A stretch of DNA of 57,243 bases from Thermoplasmatota archaeon (GCA_029932465.1 JAOZQA010000006.1:1-57243), one strand, 5' to 3'; shown: positions 45,701 to 55,334, counted from the first letter of the stretch. Notes: generated from the sequence alone by a model not told the origin. Numbers and translations are program-made.

Positions 45701-48543
45701 CTCTCCCCTTCGAAGTGCTTCTCACCGACGAGGAGATACACCTGGTGTTTCCTCTGCCCTCCTCAGAGGGCGAGGCTCTTGTAGCTGGACCCCTCCCGAA
45801 GGAGGCCTTCCCCTCGCTGTCTGATGTTGAGCGGCTGGTAGAACTCTTCAGTAGGGCCAATGAGACACTTCTTCAGGAGGCGCTCTCCCCTCTCCCCCTT
45901 CAACCCACCCCCCTGCCCCGGGGGCTCGTTCTCAAGGCATACACCACATCCTGTGATGTCTCTTTCTCCCTCTTCAGGCCCCCTATGGGAGCCGAAGGGG
46001 AGTTCACTGAGGTCTTAACTCCACCCGGGACGTCCCCCGAAGAGCTTGAGAGGCTCTCCGGTCTCCTATTGGAAGGCGCGCGGGTGCTTTTTGACCCCTC
46101 CGGGAGGCCTACCCTCGAGCCGGCCGCCCCTCTGGAACACCTCCCCGGAGCTCTCCTCCTCTCCCCCTCACTGATGGGGAGAACGCCCCTTGGCTATCTT
46201 AGAGGGACAGGAGAGGAACTGCTCTACGCCCCCAGAGCGGAGGGCATGGCCGGGGCGGCCCTGAAGCTCTTCGGGTCCGACAGGTCTATTTTCTACGAGA
46301 TATTCCAGGAGCTCTTCGAAGAGGGTCTCGCCCCCGCCGCCACCTCGCCGCTCATCCTCGACAGGATATACTACAACACCGCCACCTACGGGGAGCTGGA
46401 CGAGTTCTTCGCCATATATAACCCCACCCCTCAGCCAGTGGACCTCTCGGGGTACCTGGTGACGGATTGGGAAGGTGTGGAGGAGAACCCCTACGATGGG
46501 GGTGTACTTCTTCCTCGCATTCTCCTTCAGCCGGGAGAATATCTCTACCTCTCCCGCACTGGGGCCTACTTCGAGCTTTACTGGGGAGAACCCCCCTGTC
46601 TCAACTACTCCTGGGACTTTATGACCCTCTTCGGGGATTTAAGGCTTGCAAACTCAAGGGACAGCCTCACCCTCATCTCTCCTACGGGAGAGGTGGTGGA
46701 CAGGGTTGTCTGGGGAGATGTGAACGTGAGCGGAGGCTGGATGGGACCACCTCTTCCCCCCTTCTCTTCCCCTAGGATGCTTCAGAGGCTCCGGGGGGAG
46801 GATTACGCCCCCGTTGATACTGACCGCTGGCAGGACTTTGACATCTTCTCTTCCCCCTCCCCGGGGAGATCCGACTTCAGACCATCTTCCTTCAATATAG
46901 ATGAGGGATACCTCTACGTCTCCCCCGAAGGAACCCTTGAGGCCCTCCAGATGGCCGTTCAGCTTGCCCGGGAAGAGATACTGATAGAAGTGTACACCAT
47001 CTCCTCCCCTGAGGCGGTGCAAGCACTCCGGGGGGCACTTCTGAGGGGCGTTAACGTCACTCTTCTTGTGGAGGGCTACCCCGTGGGTGGTATTTCAACC
47101 TCAGAGAGGTGGGCCCTGAAAGAGCTCTACAACATGGGGGCATCTGTCTACCTTCTTAAATCCTCCACATCGGAGATAAGGACCGAGCGTTACAGGTATG
47201 TTCACTCAAAGTTCATGGTTGTAGACTCCCGCTGGCTCCTCATTCAGTCAGAGAATCTGGGGGAGAGTGCCCTCCCACCTCCCAACTCCAGCGGGAACAG
47301 GGGCTGGGGAGTGCTGCTTCGCTCCGAAGGGCTCGCCGGTTACTTCAGGGAGGTCTTCTTACGCGATCTGAGCGGCAGATACGACGTTCTGCCCTACAGC
47401 AACGCCCTGGAGGAGCTCGCCCCCCCCGAGGGCTACATCCCCCCTGTAGAACTGGGCGACGGGAAGTACCTTGACCGCTTCTCCATGAGGTGCATCCGGG
47501 AGAACCTCACCGCCACAGCAGTTCTCTCCCCCGACCACCCCTTAAGGGTCCTTAAAGAGGAGATAGAGAGCGCCCGACAGGAGATACTGGTGGAACTCCT
47601 CAGCATGGATCTTATCTTCTCTTTCGGGAGGGCAAGCCACTGGATAAATCTCTCCAGGCCAGATGACCTCTGCCTTCAGTGTAGCGCTGAGTACTGGCAG
47701 GTGAATCCACTCCTGAGGGCACTGGTTGAAGCCGCGGGGAGAGGGGTGGAGGTGAGGGTGCTTATGGACTCCACGGACTTCGACGGGGACGGTGAGCCGG
47801 ACAACGCCCCCATAGTCTCCTACCTCAACACGCTCTCCTCCACCATGGGCCTGACCACCCTCAAAGCACGCCTCATCTGGAAGGGGAGCGAGGCGACGGA
47901 GAGCGTCATTGAGGTTCTGCATAACAAGGGCATGGTGATAGATTCCGAGAGAGTTCTTATCTCCTCCATCAACTGGGGCCAGAACTCTCTTACGAACAAC
48001 AGGGAAGCGGCGGTGGTGCTCCGAGGCCCTCCAGCGGCCTCTTACTACCGCCAGGTTTTCCTCTGGGACTGGAACCAGAGCGCTCTGAAGGACTTCCAGC
48101 TCAGGCTTCTCCCCGGGAGGTTCTTCACCCTCCCTGCAGGAGAGGAGGTGAGCGTCATGCTGAGTGTCTACAATATGGGCCTTGCCCCGGTTGAGGTCTC
48201 CCTCGTTCCGCCTCCAGGAGAGAACCTTCTGGTGTCATATTCTGCGGAGGAACTCTCCCTGCAGCCCGGGGAGACTGCCTCCATTTATGTGAACATCACA
48301 GCAGGGGCTGCTGGAGACTACACTCTTATCATCCCCGGGGAAGTGGATGGGGAGGTGGTGGAGCTCGGGGCCCTTCACATCTCCGCTTACGAGGCCCCAG
48401 AGAAGATCACTGCCGTGGGGGAGGGTGGAGAAGGTGAACCCCTCCTCTACCTTATCATAATAGTACTTTTCGTGGCTCTCATCTTCGACCTCCTGCAGAG
48501 GTTCTTCGAGAGGAGGGGTGGTGGAGGGGGTGATGAGGAGTGA
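42712..48543 (+). CDS. Membrane-anchored lamin-tail-domain / phospholipase D (HKD) protein
   Basis: Repeated INEV..EWIELYNP lamin-tail modules, a CARDB module, two HKD motifs (HSKFMVVD, HNKGMVID..SSINW..NRE), signal peptide and C-terminal TM. Confidence 0.85.
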   Translation: MRAKIVFIWILIPLLLPDPFIPINSHGFEGELDREVPLHPVINEVLPNARKDWDSSGVGDYTDEWIELYNPTGVVLNLSGLILTDRSGSPMYHLEGDLPPGGYLTLFRRETGIVLGSTDEVRLLSDNGTLLDSASFSFTFYDVSLARKPDGIGDFYIEGEPTCGSPNNPPPHLIINEVMVDPPGTNTGNQWIEIYNPGPDTNLTGMKLSNSEGFYYYLPSIHFPSGSYAVVYLREGEDTSTLYCLKLYTPREFYFFSSGDNLLLETYLGHPLDYVAWGRSTHIDPPPTSEGRLLWNGTYYNESSSTYEGEMENPSPAVGRSLSRLPSGRDTDSPLDWEVVETENITEGWNNSEPLILEVEAPQEVIAEPGRLVAKKITLMNLGPTRMTVNFTLISQPRGWSLSFITSHQLEPRAYYIETLLISPPSKSVGEPCGQAVYEAREMLGRKVWTITLYLTLNLSDLSVESIHLDPDYGGEYYQGELIEVSSKVYNRGVREAQGVFVRGYVEWEGGRWLFMERYYDSLGPGRYRIPSGELETYNLSGEVRVVVEAVATQGERAELNSTNNRMERNITLILPPPLGERSRLLITEVLVNVSFSQQYIKIYNPAPTSLSLEGLLLECSGVTAAFPEGARIPGFGNVTVAYDATEYRRSQGQWPDFFQREGEMEVPPSRKGDRMLTVYNYLKMYSGGGELILRTQYYQRIDVVVWGGGEAVRGWDGEPVPLPVRGWPLGRVGWPPQDTNTSADFLPPLPAARIVAVAPHDPSGYRAEYVVIKAESPISLPLLLSDGEGEVVLFREGWEEGYYVETLNCTSYEALTSLKPHFALEGYGDGVTRAELLGGTFALSNSGDSVALMDAFHRRLSEVVWGEGGVEPPGSLEALYVDESGEVLEGFSASTLPWAFTGEGATAVLTIREVEWGLPPGTLEGRSITVLSNHLLAWNISFILEGSFQEVTAVVDGAALEYLTQEERTRLFRNLLEIQERGWEVYIREGTEPPSPLPFEVLLTDEEIHLVFPLPSSEGEALVAGPLPKEAFPSLSDVERLVELFSRANETLLQEALSPLPLQPTPLPRGLVLKAYTTSCDVSFSLFRPPMGAEGEFTEVLTPPGTSPEELERLSGLLLEGARVLFDPSGRPTLEPAAPLEHLPGALLLSPSLMGRTPLGYLRGTGEELLYAPRAEGMAGAALKLFGSDRSIFYEIFQELFEEGLAPAATSPLILDRIYYNTATYGELDEFFAIYNPTPQPVDLSGYLVTDWEGVEENPYDGGVLLPRILLQPGEYLYLSRTGAYFELYWGEPPCLNYSWDFMTLFGDLRLANSRDSLTLISPTGEVVDRVVWGDVNVSGGWMGPPLPPFSSPRMLQRLRGEDYAPVDTDRWQDFDIFSSPSPGRSDFRPSSFNIDEGYLYVSPEGTLEALQMAVQLAREEILIEVYTISSPEAVQALRGALLRGVNVTLLVEGYPVGGISTSERWALKELYNMGASVYLLKSSTSEIRTERYRYVHSKFMVVDSRWLLIQSENLGESALPPPNSSGNRGWGVLLRSEGLAGYFREVFLRDLSGRYDVLPYSNALEELAPPEGYIPPVELGDGKYLDRFSMRCIRENLTATAVLSPDHPLRVLKEEIESARQEILVELLSMDLIFSFGRASHWINLSRPDDLCLQCSAEYWQVNPLLRALVEAAGRGVEVRVLMDSTDFDGDGEPDNAPIVSYLNTLSSTMGLTTLKARLIWKGSEATESVIEVLHNKGMVIDSERVLISSINWGQNSLTNNREAAVVLRGPPAASYYRQVFLWDWNQSALKDFQLRLLPGRFFTLPAGEEVSVMLSVYNMGLAPVEVSLVPPPGENLLVSYSAEELSLQPGETASIYVNITAGAAGDYTLIIPGEVDGEVVELGALHISAYEAPEKITAVGEGGEGEPLLYLIIIVLFVALIFDLLQRFFERRGGGGGDEE

Positions 48544-48923
48544 GGAGGGTGACCGCCGCAGTGGCCGTTAAAGGAGGTCGGGTGCTTCTTGCTAGAAGAA
48601 GGGAGGGGGATGAGATGGGGGGATACTGGGAATTCCCCGGGGGGGAAGTGGAGGAGGGAGAGTGCGACGCAGGGTGCCTGAGGAGGGAGATTCGCGAGGA
48701 GCTGGGGGTCTCCTGCAGTGTCCTTGAGAAGCTGGGGGAATTTGAGGACCCTGAGGCGGGTATAACGCTGGTGGCATACCTTGTGGATCTCCCTGAGGAG
48801 GGCTATAAATTGGCATCTCACAGGGAGGTTAGATGGGTCTACCTCGCAAGAATTGAGAAATACCAGATGCCACCGCTGGACAGAGAGATTGTAAAGAAGC
48901 TCCGCACATTGACAAGGCCCTAA
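48540..48923 (+). CDS. MutT/NudG-like Nudix hydrolase
   Basis: WEFPGGEVEEGE..CLRREIREELG Nudix box. GTGA overlap with upstream gene. Confidence 0.88.
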   Translation: MRRVTAAVAVKGGRVLLARRREGDEMGGYWEFPGGEVEEGECDAGCLRREIREELGVSCSVLEKLGEFEDPEAGITLVAYLVDLPEEGYKLASHREVRWVYLARIEKYQMPPLDREIVKKLRTLTRP

Positions 48924-49120
48924 TGTAGAGAGAAGCTTTGTAGTGAGGAAGAAGGAGGACTCTTGTTGTGAACCCCCTGGTGGCGACAGTGATTTTTGCC
49001 ACTGCTGTCTTATTCCGGATAAGGAAATGGGGCAAAACAGGTTCGAGGGGAGGGTTGGAATGAAGTCCTCTGGGAAGCTATCCCATATCCTTCCAGAAAT
49101 CCCCCGGAAATCTTGCATGG

Positions 49121-49148
49121 CAAAATTATTTAATACATCTTTTAAATA
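49121..49148 (+). promoter_or_regulatory. TATA-like elements upstream of PCNA (possibly bidirectional)
   Basis: CAAAATTATTTAATA and CTTTTAAATA about 35-60 nt before ATG 49183. Confidence 0.5.
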
Positions 49149-49182
49149 ACCTCACAAGGTGGTTTTCAACGTGGTGAATGAT

Positions 49183-49932
49183 ATGTCAGAGATTTCAATT
49201 AAAGCAGGAGTTCTCCGCGAGACACTGGATGTGATATCATCCCTTGTTGACGAGGCCAAGTTCCGCTTTGATGAGGAGGGCCTGAAGATAAGGGCAGTGG
49301 ACCCGGCGCACGTGGCCATGGTGGACCTTGCCCTGTCCAAGTCCGCCTTTGAGACCTATGAGGTGGAGCCCATGGAGATGGGCGTGAACCTTCCCAAGGT
49401 CCAGAACCATTTGAAGGGTGTCAAGGCGGATTCAATTGTCATTCTGAAGGTTGATGACGATACAGGGCGCCTTACCATGAACATTGAGAACCTAACGGTC
49501 AAGATGCCCCTGATAGACCTCTCGGAGATGACCGAGCCTAAAATACCTGATCTTCCGGATATGAAGGCCCAAGTTAAGGTCCACAACTCCACCGAGGTTT
49601 TAAAAGCTGTGAAGGCCTCCGAGAGCATATCGGATTACATAACCCTTGACATGCAAACCGAGGATGTGCTCAACCTCTACTCCTCCGAGGAGCTCTCCAG
49701 CATGAACCTGGAGCTCAGGAAGGGAAAGGACTACGATGTGATCCAGTTCAGCGGCCCTGCTAGAAGCTCCTTCTCCCTGGACTACTTCTCACAGATCATG
49801 AAGGCGATAGGTGGCGAGAAGGAGCTCGAGTTGCACCTGGGGGTGGATTACCCCTTGAAGATGCTCTTTCACATTGGGGAGGGTGAGGGTCGAGCGCTCT
49901 ACCTTCTAGCACCCAGAATAGAGAACGTCTAA
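49183..49932 (+). CDS. pcn: DNA polymerase sliding clamp PCNA
   Basis: LVDEAKF, AVDPAHVAMVDL, SSFSLDYF, LGVDYPL, YLLAPRIE. Confidence 0.95.
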   Translation: MSEISIKAGVLRETLDVISSLVDEAKFRFDEEGLKIRAVDPAHVAMVDLALSKSAFETYEVEPMEMGVNLPKVQNHLKGVKADSIVILKVDDDTGRLTMNIENLTVKMPLIDLSEMTEPKIPDLPDMKAQVKVHNSTEVLKAVKASESISDYITLDMQTEDVLNLYSSEELSSMNLELRKGKDYDVIQFSGPARSSFSLDYFSQIMKAIGGEKELELHLGVDYPLKMLFHIGEGEGRALYLLAPRIENV

Positions 49933-50253
49933 TCAGAGAAGATCATCTAGGGATTCGGTGGGAGGCTTCACCTCCCTCAACTCTTCCTCCTTCTCAGATT
50001 CCGCTTTCCGCCTCAATATGGATGGCCTCAGGTAGTAGGCCCCACCCAGTAGTATCAGGCCCGCTACCAGATAGACCGCCCCGGAGATGAGATAGTCCCC
50101 CGGGGCCATCTCATGGGTGTAGAAAGTGTTTACCGCCTCCTTCACAATGAGGATGACTGCCAGGAAGAGCGATATGACTGAAAGAAAAAAGAGAAGGTAT
50201 GCCGCAAGGGTGAAAAGCGGACTCGAAAACGCCTCTTTCTGCATGTCTCTCAC
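49933..50253 (-). CDS. Small two-TM membrane protein
   Basis: Overlaps protease stop. Two hydrophobic helices and a charged tail. Confidence 0.65.
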   Translation of the reverse strand: MRDMQKEAFSSPLFTLAAYLLFFLSVISLFLAVILIVKEAVNTFYTHEMAPGDYLISGAVYLVAGLILLGGAYYLRPSILRRKAESEKEEELREVKPPTESLDDLL

Positions 50254-53200
50254 GCTCTCTTTTTCCTTCTCACCACAGCGGCTGTAAGAAGCGCTGCGGC
50301 CGCAATTATTATTGAGATAAGGTAGATATAGATTGCCCCACCCCCACCTCCCCCGCCTCCTTCGGTGTGGGAGGTGGCGGGCGGTACGCTGTAGGGCACC
50401 TCAACCTCCGTCAGGTTCTGTCCGAAGATGTCCACCACTCTGTGGATTATAATTGTCCCCTCGCCAGGTGGCGCCTCCGGCAGGGTGACGGTGATATTCC
50501 TGCCGTTAATCTGCCACGGGAGCTCCCTCTCCTTCTCTCCCAGCCTGAGGGTTGCTCCCTCCACCGAAGTGAGTTTGTTTGAGAAGGTGAGTCTCACCTC
50601 CCCGGAGGAGTTCACCCTCGCAGGGGAGAAGTTAAGAACTTCCAGCTCACCCCACACTGTGAAGTTGAAGGAGTTGGGGTGAAGGGGTGTGCCGGTCAGA
50701 TCCTCAATGGCAGAGGTGAGGCTCAAAGTCACCTGGGAGCCCTTGGGCAGGGGATCGAAAAGAGTTATGTTGAGAAGCAGTCCGTCGGAGGAGAGCTTCA
50801 TGGATTTTTCAACTTCCCTCCCGTTGCAGAGGAGGTGCACTGCCTCGGGGGAAGGGGGGGTGAGGGGTTCAGAGAAGTGAACGGTGAAGGTGCCCGTAGG
50901 GTCAATATATCCCTCAACTTCTCTTACCTCTACACGGAGGACCTGCGGAGGTGTACCGTCGCTGAGCACGACGAGGGTCATTACCGAAGTGGCGTTGTTA
51001 CCTGAGGGGTCGAAGACGGTCACCCTCAGGGTGTAGGAGCCTCTTCGGGGGAAGGTCACGGAGAAGGTAGCTCCTCTACCCTCCAGCCCCATCTCCACCA
51101 CCTCCCAGAGGATGTTCTCCCCGGGGGCGAAGAGAGGGTCGTTATCTGTTGTATTCTCAGCCGAGAAGATGACCTCCACCCCCGCCCTTATCTGTGGGGG
51201 GCCCTCCACCGCCACCGAGGGTGGGGTGGTGTCCAGGACCTTTATCCTGAAATAGGTGGTATTGGAGTTCCCGGAGGGGTCCACAGCGGTAAGGGTGGCT
51301 GTGTATTCCCCGGGGGAGGTGAGCACAGCGGAGATATAGAAGCCCCAGTAGACGGTGCCCGATATGTTCCAGATGAACTCAGCCCCATCGTAGAAGGAGG
51401 GGTCATTGTCGGTGCATCCCTCGGCGGAGAGGGTGAAACGGCGATCCTCCTCGAAGGTGAAGGGGCCGAGCTGGGGAAGGGAGGGGGGTGTTGTGTCGTT
51501 GATCCGCACCCTCTCGGTGGTGGAATTCATGTTTCCAAATAGGTTCCATACGGTGAGGGTCACCTGGGCCCAGCCGGGATAGGGCGCTAGGAGGGCAAGA
51601 TCCTCTCCCTCTCCCCGGAAGTACTCACCCTGATAACTCACGTTCCAGAGCAGTCTGGCGATCCCCACGAGAGTGGTGTTGGAGACCGTGGGAGGGTCGG
51701 AGGAGGTGCTATGGAGCCTCAGCCCCTCCGTTGTGTTAGCACCTTCGACCACAAATGAGCAGATGGGAGGGAAGGGGTCGTAGTGAACGGTCACGGGGCC
51801 TCCGGAGAGTGGACCGTTGCCCACCGCATCGTAGACATATACGGTTATGAGAGTACTCCCAGGGAGCACTGTGAGGTGGAGGGTGTAGTTCCCCGGGGGT
51901 CCCTCAGCGTAGCTGAAGGAGGGGAGGCTTCTGTTGGAGGAAAGCTGGATGGTGGCTGAGGGCTCTGTAAGGATGGTGAAGGTCACTTCCCCCGTTGATG
52001 TGACCGCTTCCCTCCCCGGGAGGATCTGGACCCACTCCGGCGGGGTATTGTCTATCCGGACGCCGGAGATTAGGGGGCTCGTAGCGGCGTTCCCCGCCTC
52101 ATCCTCACCCCTGAGCCTGAGAAGAAGGGAGATCCCCTCAAAATCCTCCGGTAGGGACCTCGTATCGAGACGAAGGCTCCCGGGGGATGAGCTCGCATTC
52201 GCGGCCTCATACCACCCCTCTCCGTCGTCGGCCACCCCGTTGGAGTTCAGGTCCCTGTAGATGTCAAGGGCTACCCACACGGTGTCGTTGTCGGCTGTGT
52301 AGTTCACCTCCACAACACCGTTGAGCACATCCCCCTCCCCGGGGTTCAGGATTCTCAGTGAGGGCGGGAGTGTGTCCTCAGGGACGCCCGAGGCGAGGGG
52401 GGAGGGCCTGGAGAGCCTCCCCATTATGTTCCGGGAGAGAACGTAGTAGGTGTACCTCACGCCGTCTGTAAGTCCCCTATCTACATAGGCGGGGGTGGTG
52501 TTTAAGGTCTCATGGACCAGGGTGAAGTCCCCTCCTGAGGTGTTCCTGTAAATGCGGTAGGAGAGGAGGTTGGGGTCCGGGACAGCCTCCCACCTGAGAT
52601 GGAGGGCGCCTCCCTCTGGAAGCGGCGTCACGTTGAGCCAGGAGGGTCTACGAGGCATGAAGGTGTCTATCCTCAAGGGGTGGGGGCAGTACCTCACAGT
52701 GTCGGAGAGCGGCTCTCTTTTCAGATGTCCCTCAATGGTGAAATTTCCCTGGAGGTATCCGGTGGAGGGCACAGTGTAATTTCCACTGTAGGTGCCATCT
52801 CCAGCAAGACCGTCCCCATGCCTCCCGTCGTCGTAGAGCTGAATGGTGAGCCCTCCTGAGAGGTTGAGGATGCGCACGAAGGCCTCCCTCCCCGGTGTTC
52901 CGTTGAGGAGTATGGTGGTTGTCTCCCCGCCTGTCACGATATAGTTCCAGGCGGTGTGATTTACCCAGGCTATGACTGGCTGGACATACGCCTTTATGGA
53001 GGCAGTCAAGGTCCTCCTCGGGTAGCTCTCATTGTAATACGCCACTACCGTGGCGTTGTCTCCCACTCTAACCTCATCCCTCCCCGGGGAGGTGAGAACA
53101 AACCTCACTCTCCCTTCGAATATCCCCTGAGCACCACCGGTTGAGTTCTCGGTCAGGTTCACCCACTCGCCGGTTGGGTCCGCCGTTGAGTTCACGAAGA

Positions 53201-55334
53201 TCCTCACCCATCCCCTCCCGGTTAGGTTGGAGTCGGAGAGGATGAGCCTCCCCCACTCCCCCGCCCTGTAGAAGGGCTTCTCCCACCTCAGGGTGCCTAT
53301 GGCGTCGGTTGTATTGGCTGTTATGGCTATAGCGAAGGGCTGAGGTCCGTAGGGCACGCTGTATCCCCTCACTCTTATGGTGTATATCCCTGTGGAGGGA
53401 TGCTCTATGTGCACCCTCTCCACGTTGTTCCTTCTGTCTCTGGTAGAGTTATAAGAAGAGGTGAAGTCGTTGCCGTGGTAGACGGTGCCGTCCGGAAGGA
53501 CTACCTCAAGGTCAAGGTCGTTCACCAGAGCTATAGAGGATGTAGGAGAGGCGGGATAATCTGTCCAGACAAGGGTGACGAAGAGGGGGGTTGAAGAGTT
53601 CTGGACAACTATCCTCTTTGAATATGTTGATGATGTGTTGAGCCCCGGGGAGCAGTCAACCCAAGTGAGTTTCATTCCCTCCGCAGCCCCAAGCGAGAGG
53701 GTGAGGTTCACCCTCCCCCACCCCTCCCTGTTGTTCGGTATGGAGGAGAGGTTGCCGCTTAAAGGTCTCGCCCCGTTTATGAGGAGGGCCTTGAGGAGTG
53801 CGGAGGAGGGGTCGTGTCCCTCCCTCTCCACCATGTATTGGCGAAGGAGGGCTACGGAACCTGCGGTGATGGGGGTGGACATGGAGGTCCCCCCGTTGTA
53901 AGCGTAGTAGCTGTTCAGGGAGCTGTAAAGGCTCTGGGAGCCCCAGTAGTGGTTCCAGGGGTCGCTGATAAGGGTGGAACGGGTGGAGAGGATCCATGTC
54001 CCCGGGGCCACCACGTCAGGTTTTATCCTCCCGTCGTCCGTTGGTCCGAGGGAGGAGAAGTATGCGAGCTCGGAGGCGTTGTTAGCGTAGGAGCTTAAGT
54101 TGGGGCGATAGTTCTCTGATGCGCCCACGGCGATGCAGTTCTTGGAGGTGGCCTGAGTGGAGACGGAGCCATTACCGTAGGACTGTTGATTTCCCGCTGA
54201 GTAGAGGATGGTGAAGTTCTTCCTCAGCCAAGTGTAGTAGTCGATGTAGTAGGACCTTGTGGTGTAGTTGCCGTAGGTTGACGTGGAGCGGGAGGACCAG
54301 CTGTTGGTGTGGATCCTGGCCCCGTCGGAATAGGCCTGGGAGAAAAGAAGCGTGTAGTTGGAGGGGACAGCGAGGGAGCCGGTGGAGGTCATCAGGGATT
54401 GAATAACCAGGTACGCCTCGGGCGCCATGCCCTTTATAGTGCCGTTGGAAGCTGTGCCGTTCCCTAGTACGGAGCCAGCGACGTGAGTCCCGTGCCCCCC
54501 CTTGTAGGTAATCACACCGGAGTTGTTTATGTGTATGTCGGCATCGGACCAGTTTCCGCTTCTACCCCAGGCGTGGGCGGCCCTGATCCTCCCCCTGAAG
54601 TCCGGGTGCATGGTGTTATCGTTCCTCCCGTTGTCAAGACCAGTGTCTGCCACGGCGACTATTACACCCCTTCCGGTCAGGTTCAGAGAGCCTCTGACCT
54701 CGTTCACATCAATTATGTCTGAGGCAACGTTGTTATCCAGACCAACCTCCCCCAGCTCCTCCACCCATAACAGGAGGGGGGCCTTGAGGATGTACTTCAG
54801 GTCTCGCGGGGCAGCCCGCACAACGCAGTAATCCACCCCCGCCTCCTCCACGTAGGATACTTGGGAGAGGTATATTATGGAGGATGGTGAAGGATGGGCG
54901 AGGAGAACGAAGAGCCTTTTGGCCTCCTTTTCCCCTCTTTCATACTCCTGGATGAGGTCTGGTGAGGCCCTTAGATAGGCCTTTAAGGGGTAGATGGCCC
55001 TGACCCCGGGGGGAGGGGTGGCCCCGGGGGTCTCAATGGAGATAAACGCGTAATCTGGCTGGTAGAGAAGTGGGAGGAAGCCGTACTCCTCCAAGGTCTC
55101 CCTATCATTCCCGTAAGGGGGACGGGTAAACTGAACCACGACCAAGGAATCTGGAGTGAAGGAGAGGTCTTCGGCCTCCCTCGCTGGGCCCTCTAAGGGG
55201 TCGAAGGACCCCCACTTGAAGTGGAGATAAATGGTTGGATGGCTCATGTGTTCGCTCTCCCCTTGGGGGGGTGGGGAGGGGACCCCGGGGAGGAGGAAGA
55301 GAATCGTCAGGATGACAACGCTGATCTTCAGCAT
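50250..55334 (-). CDS. Cell-anchored S8 (KP-43-like) serine protease with FN3, PKD and Ig-like domains
   Basis: Triad motifs VADTG, HGTHVAG, GGTSMSTP. GRIKPDVVAPG, LVNDLDLEV, LYDDGRHGDGLAGDGTYSG, poly-Gly linker, TM plus RRKKR. Confidence 0.93.
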   Translation of the reverse strand: MLKISVVILTILFLLPGVPSPPPQGESEHMSHPTIYLHFKWGSFDPLEGPAREAEDLSFTPDSLVVVQFTRPPYGNDRETLEEYGFLPLLYQPDYAFISIETPGATPPPGVRAIYPLKAYLRASPDLIQEYERGEKEAKRLFVLLAHPSPSSIIYLSQVSYVEEAGVDYCVVRAAPRDLKYILKAPLLLWVEELGEVGLDNNVASDIIDVNEVRGSLNLTGRGVIVAVADTGLDNGRNDNTMHPDFRGRIRAAHAWGRSGNWSDADIHINNSGVITYKGGHGTHVAGSVLGNGTASNGTIKGMAPEAYLVIQSLMTSTGSLAVPSNYTLLFSQAYSDGARIHTNSWSSRSTSTYGNYTTRSYYIDYYTWLRKNFTILYSAGNQQSYGNGSVSTQATSKNCIAVGASENYRPNLSSYANNASELAYFSSLGPTDDGRIKPDVVAPGTWILSTRSTLISDPWNHYWGSQSLYSSLNSYYAYNGGTSMSTPITAGSVALLRQYMVEREGHDPSSALLKALLINGARPLSGNLSSIPNNREGWGRVNLTLSLGAAEGMKLTWVDCSPGLNTSSTYSKRIVVQNSSTPLFVTLVWTDYPASPTSSIALVNDLDLEVVLPDGTVYHGNDFTSSYNSTRDRRNNVERVHIEHPSTGIYTIRVRGYSVPYGPQPFAIAITANTTDAIGTLRWEKPFYRAGEWGRLILSDSNLTGRGWVRIFVNSTADPTGEWVNLTENSTGGAQGIFEGRVRFVLTSPGRDEVRVGDNATVVAYYNESYPRRTLTASIKAYVQPVIAWVNHTAWNYIVTGGETTTILLNGTPGREAFVRILNLSGGLTIQLYDDGRHGDGLAGDGTYSGNYTVPSTGYLQGNFTIEGHLKREPLSDTVRYCPHPLRIDTFMPRRPSWLNVTPLPEGGALHLRWEAVPDPNLLSYRIYRNTSGGDFTLVHETLNTTPAYVDRGLTDGVRYTYYVLSRNIMGRLSRPSPLASGVPEDTLPPSLRILNPGEGDVLNGVVEVNYTADNDTVWVALDIYRDLNSNGVADDGEGWYEAANASSSPGSLRLDTRSLPEDFEGISLLLRLRGEDEAGNAATSPLISGVRIDNTPPEWVQILPGREAVTSTGEVTFTILTEPSATIQLSSNRSLPSFSYAEGPPGNYTLHLTVLPGSTLITVYVYDAVGNGPLSGGPVTVHYDPFPPICSFVVEGANTTEGLRLHSTSSDPPTVSNTTLVGIARLLWNVSYQGEYFRGEGEDLALLAPYPGWAQVTLTVWNLFGNMNSTTERVRINDTTPPSLPQLGPFTFEEDRRFTLSAEGCTDNDPSFYDGAEFIWNISGTVYWGFYISAVLTSPGEYTATLTAVDPSGNSNTTYFRIKVLDTTPPSVAVEGPPQIRAGVEVIFSAENTTDNDPLFAPGENILWEVVEMGLEGRGATFSVTFPRRGSYTLRVTVFDPSGNNATSVMTLVVLSDGTPPQVLRVEVREVEGYIDPTGTFTVHFSEPLTPPSPEAVHLLCNGREVEKSMKLSSDGLLLNITLFDPLPKGSQVTLSLTSAIEDLTGTPLHPNSFNFTVWGELEVLNFSPARVNSSGEVRLTFSNKLTSVEGATLRLGEKERELPWQINGRNITVTLPEAPPGEGTIIIHRVVDIFGQNLTEVEVPYSVPPATSHTEGGGGGGGGAIYIYLISIIIAAAALLTAAVVRRKKRA

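Noticed and set aside
48990-49080. Cobalamin riboswitch (GCCACTG...GGGAAG)
   Set aside because: The 5' conserved core elements are missing and the downstream gene (PCNA) is unrelated.
49085-49115. ORB replication-origin box (TTCCAG...GGAAA)
   Set aside because: Spacing is wrong, it is single copy, and no cdc6/orc1 is nearby.
48943-49149. 68-aa Cys-rich ORF
   Set aside because: No RBS, atypical composition, and it runs across the PCNA promoter.
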